From the human T2T-CHM13v2.0 reference genome, Homo sapiens, in assembly GCF_009914755.1 (NCBI RefSeq), contig NC_060933.1: a stretch of DNA of 64,000 nucleotides; one strand, written 5' to 3'. The notes beneath the pieces are model-generated. The model saw only the letters and a program-made list of their open reading frames with translations, ran no database searches and was not told the origin of the DNA. The translations under genes were made by a program, and so were the position numbers. Of this stretch, positions 26,459 through 40,170 are shown piece after piece; within the stretch, counting starts at the first letter, position 1; each line of letters opens with the position of its first letter.

Positions 26459-29110
26459 TCAACCCGAGTGCAATGGAATGGAGAGGAATGGAATGGAATG
26501 GAATGGAAACTACACGAATCGAATGGATTGTAATGGAGTGTAAGGGAATTGAATAGAATGAATCCGAATGGAATGGAATTGAAAGGAATGGAATGGAATG
26601 GAATGGAATGCAATGCCATGGAATCAACCCGAGTTTAATCGAATGGATTCGAATGGAATGGAATGCAATGGAATGGATTCAACTTGAATGGAATGGAAAG
26701 AATGGAATCAACACGAGTGGAATGACTTGGATTGGAATGGAATGGAATGGAATCAACCCGAGTACAGGGGAATGGAATGGAATGGAATGAAATGGAATGG
26801 AATTAACCCGAATACAATGGAAGGGAATGGAATGTAATGGAAACTAATTGAATGGAATCAACCCGAGTGGAATGGAATGGAAAGGACTGGAATGGAATGG
26901 AATGGAATGGAATCAACTCGATTGTAAAGGAATGGAATGGAATGGAATGGAATGGAATGGAATGGAATGGAATTAACCCGAACACAATGGAATGGAATGG
27001 AATGGAATGGAATGGAGTGGAATGGAATGGAATCAACCCGAGTGCAGGGGAATGGAATGGAATGGAATGCAATGGAATGGAATCATCCGGAATGGAATGG
27101 AATGGAATGGAATGCAAAACAATGGAATCATCTCGATTGCAATGGAATAGAATGGAATGGAATTAACACGAATAGAATGGAATGGAATGGAATTGAATGG
27201 AACAGAAAGGAATGGAATGGAATGGAATGGAATCAACCCAAGTGCAGGGGAATAGAATGGAATGGAATTCAATGGAATGGAATCATCCGGAATGGAATGG
27301 AATGGAATGGAATGGAATGGAATGGAATGGAATGGAATTAACCCGAATACAATGGAAGGGAATGGAATGTAATGGAAACTAATTGAATGGAATCAACCCG
27401 AGTGTAATGGAATGGAAAGGACTGGAATGGAATGGAATGGAATGGAATCAACTCGATTGTAATGGAATGGAATGGAATGGAATGGAATGGAATGGAATGG
27501 AATTAACCCGAATACAATGGAATGGAATGGAATGGAATGGAATGGAGTGGAATTGAATGGAATCAACCCGAGTGCAGGGGAATGGAATGGAATGGAATGC
27601 AATGGAATGGAATCATCCGGAATGGAATGGAATGGAAGGGAATGCAAAACAATGGAATCATCTCGATTGCAATGGAATAGAATGGAATGGAATTAACACG
27701 AATAGAATGGAATGGAATGGAATTGAATGGAACAGAAAGGAATGGAATGGAATGGAATGGAATCAACCCAAGTGCAGGGGAATAGAATGGAATGGAATTC
27801 AATGGAATGCAATCATCTGGAATGGAATGGAATGGAATGGAATGGAATGGAATAGAATGGAATCAACCCGAGTGCAATGGAATGGAGAGGAATGGAATGG
27901 AATGGAATGGAAACTACACGAATCGAATGGATTGTAATGGAGTGTAAGGGAATTGAATAGAATGAATCCGAATGGAATGGAATTGAAAGGAATGGAATGG
28001 AATGGAATGGAATGGAATGGAATGCAATGCCATGGAATCAACCCGAGTTTAATCGAATGGATTCGAATGGAATGGAATGCAATGGAATGGATTCAACTTG
28101 AATGGAATGGAAAGAATGGAATCAACACGAGTGGAATGACTTGGATTGGAATGGAATGGAATGGAATCAACCCGAGTACAGGGGAATGGAATGGAATGGA
28201 ATGAAATGGAATGGAATTAACCCGAATACAATGGAAGGGAATGGAATGTAATGGAAACTAATTGAGTGGAATCAACCCGACTGGAATGGAATGGAAAGGA
28301 CTGGAATGGAATGGAATGGAATGGAATCAACTCGATTGTAATGGAATGGAATGGAATGGAATGGAATGGAATGGAATGGAATGGAATTAACCCGAACACA
28401 ATGGAATGGAATGGAATGGAATGGAATGGAGTGGAATGGAATGGAATCAACCCGAGTGCAGGGGAATGGAATGGAATGGAATGCAATGGAATGGAATCAT
28501 CCGGAATGGAATGGAATGGAATGGAATGCAAAACAATGGAATCATCTCGATTGCAATGGAATAGAATGCAATGGAATTAACACGAATAGAATGGAATGGA
28601 ATGGAATTGAATGGAACAGAAAGGAATGGAATGGAATGGAATGGAATCAACCCAAGTGCAGGGGAATAGAATGGAATGGAATTCAATGGAATGGAATCAT
28701 CCGGAATGGAATGGAATGGAATGGAATGGAATGGAATGGAATGGAATGGAATCAACCCGAGTGCAATGGAATGGAGAGGAATGGAATGGAATGGAATGGA
28801 AACTACACGAATCGAATGGATTGTAATGGAGTGTAAGGGAATTGAATAGAATGAATCCGAATGGAATGGAATTGAAAGGAATGGAATGGAATGGAATGGA
28901 ATGGAATGGAATGGAATGCAATGCCATGGAATCAACCCGAGTGTAATCGAATGGATTCGAATGGAATGGAATGCAATGGAATGGATTCAACTTGAATGGA
29001 ATGGAAAGAATGGAATCAACACGAGTGGAATCGCTTGGATTGGAATGGAATGGAATGGAATCAACCCAAGTACAGGGGAATGGAATGGAATGGAATGAAA
29101 TGGAATGGAA
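26459..29110 (+). repeat. Nested A-B-B-A-B-A sub-array (A ~0.35 kb, B ~0.53 kb) inside the 7.3-kb unit; repeated at ~33740-36400
   Basis: A marker CAATGCCATGG at ~26611, 28025, 28919; B marker AAACTAATTG at ~26841, 27376, 28256. Confidence 0.85.
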
Positions 29111-29820
29111 TCATCCGTAATGTAATGGAAAGGAATGGAATGGAATGGAATGGAATGGAATCAACTCTATTGCAATCGAATGGAATGGAATGGAATTAAC
29201 CCGAATAGAATGGAATGGAATGGAATGGAAAGGAACGGAGCGGAACGGAATGGAATGGAATGGAATGGAATGGATTGGAATGGAATGGTATGGAATGGAA
29301 TGGAATGGTACGGAATAGAATGGAATGGAACGAATTGTAATGGAATGGAATTGAATGGAATGGAATGGAATGGAATGGAATGGAATGGAATCAACGTGAG
29401 TGCAGGGGAATGTAATGGAACGGAAAGCAATGGAATGCAATCATCCGGAATGGAATGGAATGGAATGGAATGGAATGGAATGGAATGGAATGGAATCAAC
29501 CCGAGTGCAATGGAATGGAGTGGAATGGAATGGAATGGAATGGAACAACCCGAATGGAATGGAATGTAATGGAGAGTAAGGGAGTTGAATAGAATCAATT
29601 CGAAAGTAATGGAATGGAATGCAACGGAATGGAATGGAATGGAATGCAATGGAATGCAATGGAATGGAATCAACCCGAGTATAATGGAATGGAATGGAAT
29701 GGAATGGAATGGAACGGAATGGAATGGAATGGAATGGAATGGAATGATACGGAATAGAATGGAATGGAACGAAATGGAATGGAATGGAATGGAATGGAAT
29801 GGAATGGAATGGAATAGAAT

Positions 29821-32800
29821 CGTTCCGAGTGGAATAGGAGGGAATGTATTCGAGTGGAATGGAAAGGAATGGAATCAACAAGAGTGGAATGGAAGGGAAT
29901 AGAATGGAATGGAAACTAATAGAATGGAATCAACCCGAGTGGAATGGAATGGAAAGGACTGGAATGGAATGGAATGGAATGGAATCAACTCGATTGGAAT
30001 GGAATGGAATGGAATGGAATGGAATGGAATGGAATGGAATGGAATGGAATTAACCCGAATACAATGGAAGGGAATGGAATGGAATGGAAACTAATAGAAT
30101 GGAATCAACCCGAGTGGAATGGAATGGAAAGGACTGGAATGGAATGGAATGGAATGGAATCAACTCGATTGTAATGGAATGGAATGGAATAGAATGGAAT
30201 GGAATGGAATGGAATGGAATTAACCCGAATACAATGGAATGGAATGGAATGGAATGGAATGGAGGGGAATGGAATGGAATCAACCCGAGTGCAGGGTAAT
30301 GGAATGGAATGGAAATCAATGGAATGGAATCATCCGGAATGGAATGGAATGGAATGGAATGCAAAGCAATGGAATCAACTCGATTGCAGTGGAATGGAAT
30401 GGAATGGAAAGGAATACATTGGAATCAACCCGAGTGGAATGGAATGGAAAGGACTGGAATGGAGTGGAATGGAATGGAATGCAATGGAATGGAATGGAAT
30501 GGAATCAACTTGATTGGAATGGAATGGAATGGAATGGAATGGAATGGAATGGAATCAACCCGACTGCAGGGGAATGGAATGGAATGGAATGCAATGGAAT
30601 GGATTCAACTTGAAAGGAATGGAAAGAATGGAATCAACACGAGTGGAATGGCATGGATTGGAATGGAATGGAATGGAATCAACCCGAGTACAGGGGAATG
30701 GAATGGAATGGAATGCAATGGAATGCAATCATCCGTAATGGAATGGAAAGGAATGGAATGGAATGGAATGGAATGGAATGGAATGGAATGGAATCAACTC
30801 GATTGCAATCGAATGGAATGGAATGGAATTAACCCAAATAGAATGGAATGGAATGGAATGGAACGGAACGGAATGGAATGGAATGGAATGGAATGGAATG
30901 GAACGGAACGGAACGGAACGGAACGGAATGGAATGGAACGGAATGGAATGGAATCAACGCGAGTGCAGGGGAATGGAATGGAATGGAATGCCATGGAATG
31001 GAATCTTCCGGAATGGAATGGAATGGAATGGAATGGAATAAACCCGAGTGCAATGGAATGGAGTGGAATGGAATGGAATGGAATGGAACAACCCGAATGG
31101 AATGGAATGTAATGGAGAGTAAGGGAGTTGAATAGAATCAATCCGAATGTAATGGAATGGAATGGAACGGAATTGAATGGAATGGAATGGAATGGAATGC
31201 AATGGAATGGAATCAACCCGAGTTCAATGAAATGGAGAGGAATGGAAAGGAATGGAATGGAAACTACCCGAATGGAATGGAATGTAATGGAGTGTAAGGG
31301 AATTGAATAGAATCAATCCGAATGTAATGGAACGGAATGGAACGGAATGGAATGGAATGGAATGGAATGGAATGGAATGGAATGGAATGGAATCGTTCCG
31401 AGTGGAATAGGAGGGAATGTATTCGAGTGGAATGGAAAGGAATGGAATCAACAAGAGTGGAATGGAAGGGAATGGAATGGAATGGAAACTAATAGAATGG
31501 AATCAACCCGAGTGGAATGGAATGGAAAGGACTGGAATGGAATGGAATGGAATGGAATCAACTCGATTGTAATGGAATGGAATGGAATGGAATGGAATGG
31601 AATGGAATGGAATGGAATTAACAAGAATAAAATGGAAGGGAATGGAATGGAATGGAAACTAATAGAATGGAATCAACCCGAGTGGAATGGAATGGAAAGG
31701 ACTGGAATGGAATGGAATGGAATGGAATCAACTCGATTGTAATGGAATGCAATGGAATGGAATGGAATGGAATGGAATGGAATGGAATTAACCCGAATAC
31801 AATGAAATGGAATGGAATGGAATGGAATGGAGGGGAATGGAATGGAATCAACACGAGTGCAGGGGAATGGAATGGAATGGAATGCAATGGAATGGAATCA
31901 TCCGGAATGGAATGGAATGGAATGGAATGCAAAGCAATGGAATCAACTCGATTGCAGTGGAATGGAATGGAATGGAAAGGAATACATTGGAATCAACCCG
32001 AGTGGAATGGAATGGAAAGACTGGAATGGAGTGGAATGGAATGGAATGCAATGGAATGGAGTGGAATGGAATCAACTTGATTGGAATGGAATGGAATGGA
32101 ATGGAATAGAATGGAATCAACCCGACTGCAGGGGAATGGAATGGAATGGAATGCAATGGAATGGATTCAACTTGAATGGAATGGAAAGAATGGAATCAAC
32201 ACGAGTGGAATGGCATGGAATGGAATGGAATGGAATGGAATCAACCCGAGTACAGGGGAATGGAATGGAATGGAATGCAATGGAATGGAATCATCCGTAA
32301 TGGAATGGAAAGGAATGGAATGGAATGGAATGGAATGGAATGGAATGGAATGGAATGGAATCAACTCGATAGCAATCGAATGGAATGGAATGGAATTAAC
32401 CCGAATAGAATGGAATGGAATGGAATGGAACGGAACGGAACGGAATGGAATGGAATGGAATGGAATGGAACGGAAAGGAATGGAATGGAATGGAATGGAA
32501 TGGAATGGAATCAACGCGAGTGCAGGGGAATGGAATGGAATGGAATGCAATGGAATGGAATCTTCCGGAATGGAATGGAATGGAATGGAATGGAATGGAA
32601 TGGAATGGAATAAACCCGAGTGCAATGGAATGGATTGGAATGGAATGGAATGGAATGGAACAACCCGAATGGAATGGAATGTAATGGAGACTAAGGGAGT
32701 TGAGTAGAATCAATCCGAATGTAATGGAATGGAATGGAACGGAATGGAATTGAATGGAATGGAATGGGATGCAATGGAATGGAATCAACCCGAGTGCAAT

Positions 32801-32940
32801 GGAATGGAGAGGAATGGAATGGAATGGAATGGAAACTACCCGAATGGAATGGAATGTAATGGAGTGTAAGGGAATTGAATAGAATAAATCCGAATGTAAT
32901 GGAATGGAATGGAACGGAATGGAATGGAATGGAATGGAAT
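29821..32940 (+). repeat. Nested ~1.57-kb tandem duplication inside the 7.3-kb unit, each copy containing a ~170-bp tandem duplication; repeated at ~37116-40240
   Basis: CGTTCCGAGTGGAATAGGAGGG at 29821 and 31394. Shared private words CAACAAGAGTGG, GGAGGGG, TTGCAGTGG and CAACTTGATTGG. GGAAACTAATAG is doubled at ~29911/30086 and ~31484/31654. Confidence 0.8.
30900..30924 (+). repeat. (GGAAC)5 variant-pentamer run (paralog 38195-38219)
   Basis: Five consecutive GGAAC units replace GGAAT, giving a CpG every 5 bp. Confidence 0.85.
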
Positions 32941-33650
32941 GGAATGGAATGGAATGCAATGGAATGGAATCAACCCGAGTGCAATCGAATGGAATCGAAT
33001 GGAATGGAATGCAATGGAATGGATTCAACTTGAATGGAATGGAAAGAATGGAATCAACACGAGTGGAATGGCATGGATTGGAATGGAATGGAATGGAATC
33101 AACCCGAGTACAGGGGAATGGAATGGAATGGAATGCAATGGAATGGAATCATCCGTAATGGAATGGAAAGGAATGGAATGGAATGGAATGGAATGGAATG
33201 GAATGGAATGGAATGGAATCAACTCGATTGCAGTCGAATGGAATGGAATGGAATTAACCTGAATAGAATGGAATGGAATGGAATGGAACGGAACGGAACG
33301 GAACGCAATGGAATGGAATGGAATGGAATGGAATCAACGCGAGTGCAGGGGAATGGAATGGAATGGAATGCAATGGAATGGAAACTTCCGGAATGGAATG
33401 GAATGGAATGAAATGCAATGGATTCAACTTGATTGCAATGGAATGGAATAGAATGGAATGGAATGGAATGGAATGGAATTAATCCGAATAGAATGGAATG
33501 GAATGGAACGGAATGGAACGGAATGGAATGGAATGGAATGGAATGGAATGGTATGGAATGGAATGGAATGGTACGGAATAGAATGGAATGGAACGAATTG
33601 TAATGGAATGGAATTGAATGGAATGGAATGGAATGGAATGGAATCAACGC

Positions 33651-36600
33651 TAGTGCAGGGGAATGTAATGGAACGGAATGCAATGGAATGGAATCATCCG
33701 GAATGGAATGGAATGGAATGGAATGGAATGGAATGGAATCAACCCGAGTGCAATGGAATGGAGAGGAATGGAATGGAATGGAATGGAAACTACACGAATC
33801 GAATGGATTGTAATGGAGTGTAAGGGAATTGAATAGAATGAAACCGAATGGAATGGAATTGAAAGGAATGGAATGGAATGGAATGGAATGCAATGCCATG
33901 GAATCAACCCGAGTTTAATCGAATGGATTCGAATGGAATGGAATGCAATGGAATGGATTCAACTTGAATGGAATGGAAAGAATGGAATCAACACGAGTGG
34001 AATGACTTGGATTGGAATGGAATGGAATGGAATCAACCCGAGTACAGGGGAATGGAATGGAATGGAATGAAATGGAATGGAATTAACCCGAATACAATGG
34101 AAGGGAATGGAATGTAATGGAAACTAATTGAATGGAATCAACCCGAGTGGAATGGAATGGAAAGGACTGGAATGGAATGGAATGGAATGGAATCAACTCG
34201 ATTGTAAAGGAATGGAATGGAATGGAATGGAATGGAATGGAATGGAATGGAATTAACCCGAACACAATGGAATGGAATGGAATGGAATGGAATGGAGTGG
34301 AATGGAATGGAATCAACCCGAGTGCAGGGGAATGGAATGGAATGGAATGCAATGGAATGGAATCATCCGGAATGGAATGGAATGGAATGGAATGCAAAAC
34401 AATGGAATCATCTCGATTGCAATGGAATAGAATGGAATGGAATTAACACGAATAGAATGGAATGGAATGGAATTGAATGGAACAGAAAGGAATGGAATGG
34501 AATGGAATGGAATCAACCCAAGTGCAGGGGAATAGAATGGAATGGAATTCAATGGAATGGAATCATCCGGAATGGAATGGAATTGAATGGAATGGAATGG
34601 AATGGAATGGAATGGAATGGAATTAACCCGAATACAATGGAAGGGAATGGAATGTAATGGAAACTAATTGAATGGAATCAACCCGAGTGTAATGGAATGG
34701 AAAGGACTGGAATGGAATGGAATGGAATGGAATCAACTCGATTGTAATGGAATGGAATGGAATGGAATGGAATGGAATGGAATGGAATTAACCCGAATAC
34801 AATGGAATGGAATGGAATGGAATGGAATGGAGTGGAATTGAATGGAATCAACCCGAGTGCAGGGGAATGGAATGGAATGGAATGCAATGGAATGGAATCA
34901 TCCGGAATGGAATGGAATGGAAGGGAATGCAAAACAATGGAATCATCTCGATTGCAATGGAATAGAATGGAATGGAATTAACACGAATAGAATGGAATGG
35001 AATGGAATTGAATGGAACAGAAAGGAATGGAATGGAATGGAATGGAATCAACCCAAGTGCAGGGGAATAGAATGGAATGGAATTCAATGGAATGCAATCA
35101 TCTGGAATGGAATGGAATGGAATGGAATGGAATGGAATAGAATGGAATCAACCCGAGTGCAATGGAATGGAGAGGAATGGAATGGAATGGAATGGAAACT
35201 ACACGAATCGAATGGATTGTAATGGAGTGTAAGGGAATTGAATAGAATGAATCCGAATGGAATGGAATTGAAAGGAATGGAATGGAATGGAATGGAATGG
35301 AATGGAATGGAATGCAATGCCATGGAATCAACCCGAGTTTAATCGAATGGATTCGAATGGAATGGAATGCAATGGAATGGATTCAACTTGAATGGAATGG
35401 AAAGAATGGAATCAACACGAGTGGAATGACTTGGATTGGAATGGAATGGAATGGAATCAACCCGAGTACAGGGGAATGGAATGGAATGGAATGAAATGGA
35501 ATGGAATTAACCCGAATACAATGGAAGGGAATGGAATGTAATGGAAACTAATTGAGTGGAATCAACCCGACTGGAATGGAATGGAAAGGACTGGAATGGA
35601 ATGGAATGGAATGGAATCAACTCGATTGTAATGGAATGGAATGGAATGGAATGGAATGGAATGGAATGGAATGGAATTAACCCGAACACAATGGAATGGA
35701 ATGGAATGGAATGGAATGGAGTGGAATGGAATGGAATCAACCCGAGTGCAGGGGAATGGAATGGAATGGAATGCAATGGAATGGAATCATCCGGAATGGA
35801 ATGGAATGGAATGGAATGCAAAACAATGGAATCATCTCGATTGCAATGGAATAGAATGCAATGGAATTAACACGAATAGAATGGAATGGAATGGAATTGA
35901 ATGGAACAGAAAGGAATGGAATGGAATGGAATGGAATCAACCCAAGTGCAGGGGAATAGAATGGAATGGAATTCAATGGAATGGAATCATCCGGAATGGA
36001 ATGGAATGGAATGGAATGGAATGGAATGGAATGGAATGGAATGGAATCAACCCGAGTGCAATGGAATGGAGAGGAATGGAATGGAATGGAATGGAAACTA
36101 CACGAATCGAATGGATTGTAATGGAGTGTAAGGGAATTGAATAGAATGAATCCGAATGGAATGGAATTGAAAGGAATGGAATGGAATGGAATGGAATGGA
36201 ATGGAATGCAATGCCATGGAATCAACCCGAGTGTAATCGAATGGATTCGAATGGAATGGAATGCAATGGAATGGATTCAACTTGAATGGAATGGAAAGAA
36301 TGGAATCAACACGAGTGGAATGGCTTGGATTGGAATGGAATGGAATGGAATCAACCCAAGTACAGGGGAATGGAATGGAATGGAATGAAATGGAATGGAA
36401 TCATCCGTAATGTAATGGAAAGGAATGGAATGGAATGGAATGGAATGGAATCAACTCTATTGCAATCGAATGGAATGGAATGGAATTAACCCGAATAGAA
36501 TGGAATGGAATGGAATGGAAAGGAACGGAGCGGAACGGAATGGAATGGAATGGAATGGAATGGATTGGAATGGAATGGTATGGAATGGAATGGAATGGTA

Positions 36601-39600
36601 CGGAATAGAATGGAATGGAACGAATTGTAATGGAATGGAATTGAATGGAATGGAATGGAATGGAATGGAATGGAATGGAATCAACGTGAGTGCAGGGGAA
36701 TGTAATGGAACGGAAAGCAATGGAACGCAATCATCCGGAATGGAATGGAATGGAATGGAATGGAATGGAATGGAATGGAATGGAATCAACCCGAGTGCAA
36801 TGGAATGGAGTGGAATGGAATGGAATGGAATGGAACAACCCGAATGGAATGGAATGTAATGGAGAGTAAGGGAGTTGAATAGAATCAATTCGAAAGTAAT
36901 GGAATGGAATGCAACGGAATGGAATGGAATGGAATGCAATGGAATGCAATGGAATGGAATCAACCCGAGTATAATGGAATGGAATGGAATGGAATGGAAT
37001 GGAACGGAATGGAATGGAATGGAATGGAATGGAATGATACGGAATAGAATGGAATGGAACGAAATGGAATGGAATGGAATGGAATGGAATGGAATGGAAT
37101 GGAATGGAATAGAATCGTTCCGAGTGGAATAGGAGGGAATGTATTCGAGTGGAATGGAAAGGAATGGAATCAACAAGAGTGGAATGGAAGGGAATAGAAT
37201 GGAATGGAAACTAATAGAATGGAATCAACCCGAGTGGAATGGAATGGAAAGGACTGGAATGGAATGGAATGGAATGGAATCAACTCGATTGGAATGGAAT
37301 GGAATGGAATGGAATGGAATGGAATGGAATGGAATGGAATGGAATTAACCCGAATACAATGGAAGGGAATGGAATGGAATGGAAACTAATAGAATGGAAT
37401 CAACCCGAGTGGAATGGAATGGAAAGGACTGGAATGGAATGGAATGGAATGGAATCAACTCGATTGTAATGGAATGGAATGGAATAGAATGGAATGGAAT
37501 GGAATGGAATGGAATTAACCCGAATACAATGGAATGGAATGGAATGGAATGGAATGGAGGGGAATGGAATGGAATCAACCCGAGTGCAGGGGAATGGAAT
37601 GGAATGGAATGCAATGGAATGGAATCATCCGGAATGGAATGGAATGGAATGGAATGCAAAGCAATGGAATCAACTCGATTGCAGTGGAATGGAATGGAAT
37701 GGAAAGGAATACATTGGAATCAACCCGAGTGGAATGGAATGGAAAGGACTGGAATGGAGTGGAATGGAATGGAATGCAATGGAATGGAATGGAATGGAAT
37801 CAACTTGATTGGAATGGAATGGAATGGAATGGAATGGAATGGAATGGAATCAACCCGACTGCAGGGGAATGGAATGGAATGGAATGCAATGGAATGGATT
37901 CAACTTGAAAGGAATGGAAAGAATGGAATCAACACGAGTGGAATGGCATGGATTGGAATGGAATGGAATGGAATCAACCCGAGTACAGGGGAATGGAATG
38001 GAATGGAATGCAATGGAATGCAATCATCCGTAATGGAATGGAAAGGAATGGAATGGAATGGAATGGAATGGAATGGAATGGAATGGAATCAACTCGATTG
38101 CAATCGAATGGAATGGAATGGAATTAACCCAAATAGAATGGAATGGAATGGAATGGAACGGAACGGAATGGAATGGAATGGAATGGAATGGAATGGAACG
38201 GAACGGAACGGAACGGAACGGAATGGAATGGAACGGAATGGAATGGAATCAACGCGAGTGCAGGGGAATGGAATGGAATGGAATGCCATGGAATGGAATC
38301 TTCCGGAATGGAATGGAATGGAATGGAATGGAATAAACCCGAGTGCAATGGAATGGAGTGGAATGGAATGGAATGGAATGGAACAACCCGAATGGAATGG
38401 AATGTAATGGAGAGTAAGGGAGTTGAATAGAATCAATCCGAATGTAATGGAATGGAATGGAACGGAATTGAATGGAATGGAATGGAATGGAATGCAATGG
38501 AATGGAATCAACCCGAGTTCAATGAAATGGAGAGGAATGGAAAGGAATGGAATGGAAACTACCCGAATGGAATGGAATGTAATGGAGTGTAAGGGAATTG
38601 AATAGAATCAATCCGAATGTAATGGAAAGGAATGGAACGGAATGGAATGGAATGGAATGGAATGGAATGGAATGGAATGGAATGGAATGGAATCGTTCCG
38701 AGTGGAATAGGAGGGAATGTATTCGAGTGGAATGGAAAGGAATGGAATCAACAAGAGTGGAATGGAAGGGAATGGAATGGAATGGAAACTAATAGAATGG
38801 AATCAACCCGAGTGGAATGGAATGGAAAGGACTGGAATGGAATGGAATGGAATGGAATCAACTCGATTGTAATGGAATGGAATGGAATGGAATGGAATGG
38901 AATGGAATGGAATGGAATTAACAAGAATAAAATGGAAGGGAATGGAATGGAATGGAAACTAATAGAATGGAATCAACCCGAGTGGAATGGAATGGAAAGG
39001 ACTGGAATGGAATGGAATGGAATGGAATCAACTCGATTGTAATGGAATGCAATGGAATGGAATGGAATGGAATGGAATGGAATGCAATTAACCCGAATAC
39101 AATGAAATGGAATGGAATGGAATGGAATGGAGGGGAGTGGAATGGAATCAACACGAGTGCAGGGGAATGGAATGGAATGGAATGCAATGGAATGGAATCA
39201 TCCGGAATGGAATGGAATGGAATGGAATGCAAAGCAATGGAATCAACTCGATTGCAGTGGAATGGAATGGAATGGAAAGGAATACATTGGAATCAACCCG
39301 AGTGGAATGGAATGGAAAGACTGGAATGGAGTGGAATGGAATGGAATGCAATGGAATGGAGTGGAATGGAATCAACTTGATTGGAATGGAATGGAATGGA
39401 ATGGAATAGAATGGAATCAACCCGACTGCAGGGGAATGGAATGGAATGGAATGCAATGGAATGGATTCAACTTGAATGGAATGGAAAGAATGGAATCAAC
39501 ACGAGTGGAATGGCATGGAATGGAATGGAATGGAATGGAATCAACCCGAGTACAGGGGAATGGAATGGAATGGAATGCAATGGAATGGAATCATCCGTAA

Positions 39601-40170
39601 TGGAATGGAAAGGAATGGAATGGAATGGAATGGAATGGAATGGAATGGAATGGAATGGAATCAACTCGATAGCAATCGAATGGAATGGAATGGAATTAAC
39701 CCGAATAGAATGGAATGGAATGGAATGGAACGGAACGGAACGGAATGGAATGGAATGGAATGGAATGGAACGGAAAGGAATGGAATGGAATGGAATGGAA
39801 TGGAATGGAATCAACGCGAGTGCAGGGGAATGGAATGGAATGGAATGCAATGGAATGGAATCTTCCGGAATGGAATGGAATGGAATGGAATGGAATGGAA
39901 TGGAATGGAATAAACCCGAGTGCAATGGAATGGATTGGAATGGAATGGAATGGAATGGAACAACCCGAATGGAATGGAATGTAATGGAGACTAAGGGAGT
40001 TGAGTAGAATCAATCCGAATGTAATGGAATGGAATGGAACGGAATGGAATTGAATGGAATGGAATGGGATGCAATGGAATGGAATCAACCCGAGTGCAAT
40101 GGAATGGAGAGGAATGGAATGGAATGGAATGGAAACTACCCGAATGGAATGGAATGTAATGGAGTGTAAA
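33651..40170 (+). repeat. ~7.3-kb higher-order repeat, copy 2 (near-identical part)
   Basis: About ten substitutions plus whole-pentamer indels seen versus copy 1 over ~6.5 kb. Beyond ~40170 the module order continues to ~40960, but identity drops. Confidence 0.9.

Larger units (their letters stand above)
26371..33650 (+). repeat. ~7.3-kb higher-order repeat, copy 1
   Basis: Near-identical to the sequence 7280-7300 bp downstream. Shared private variants include TAGTGCAGGGG (26371/33651), CAATGCCATGG, GAGTTTAATCG, AAACTAATTG, CAACTCTATTGC and GAGACTAAGGGAGTTGAGTAG. ORF pairs 26593/33873, 29111/36401, 32081/39381. Confidence 0.92.

Noticed and set aside
26371-40170. Large near-identical repeats as assembly duplication artefacts
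   Set aside because: The copies differ by multiple substitutions and pentamer counts in a nested, lineage-consistent way. An artefact is unlikely, though only spanning long reads can exclude it.
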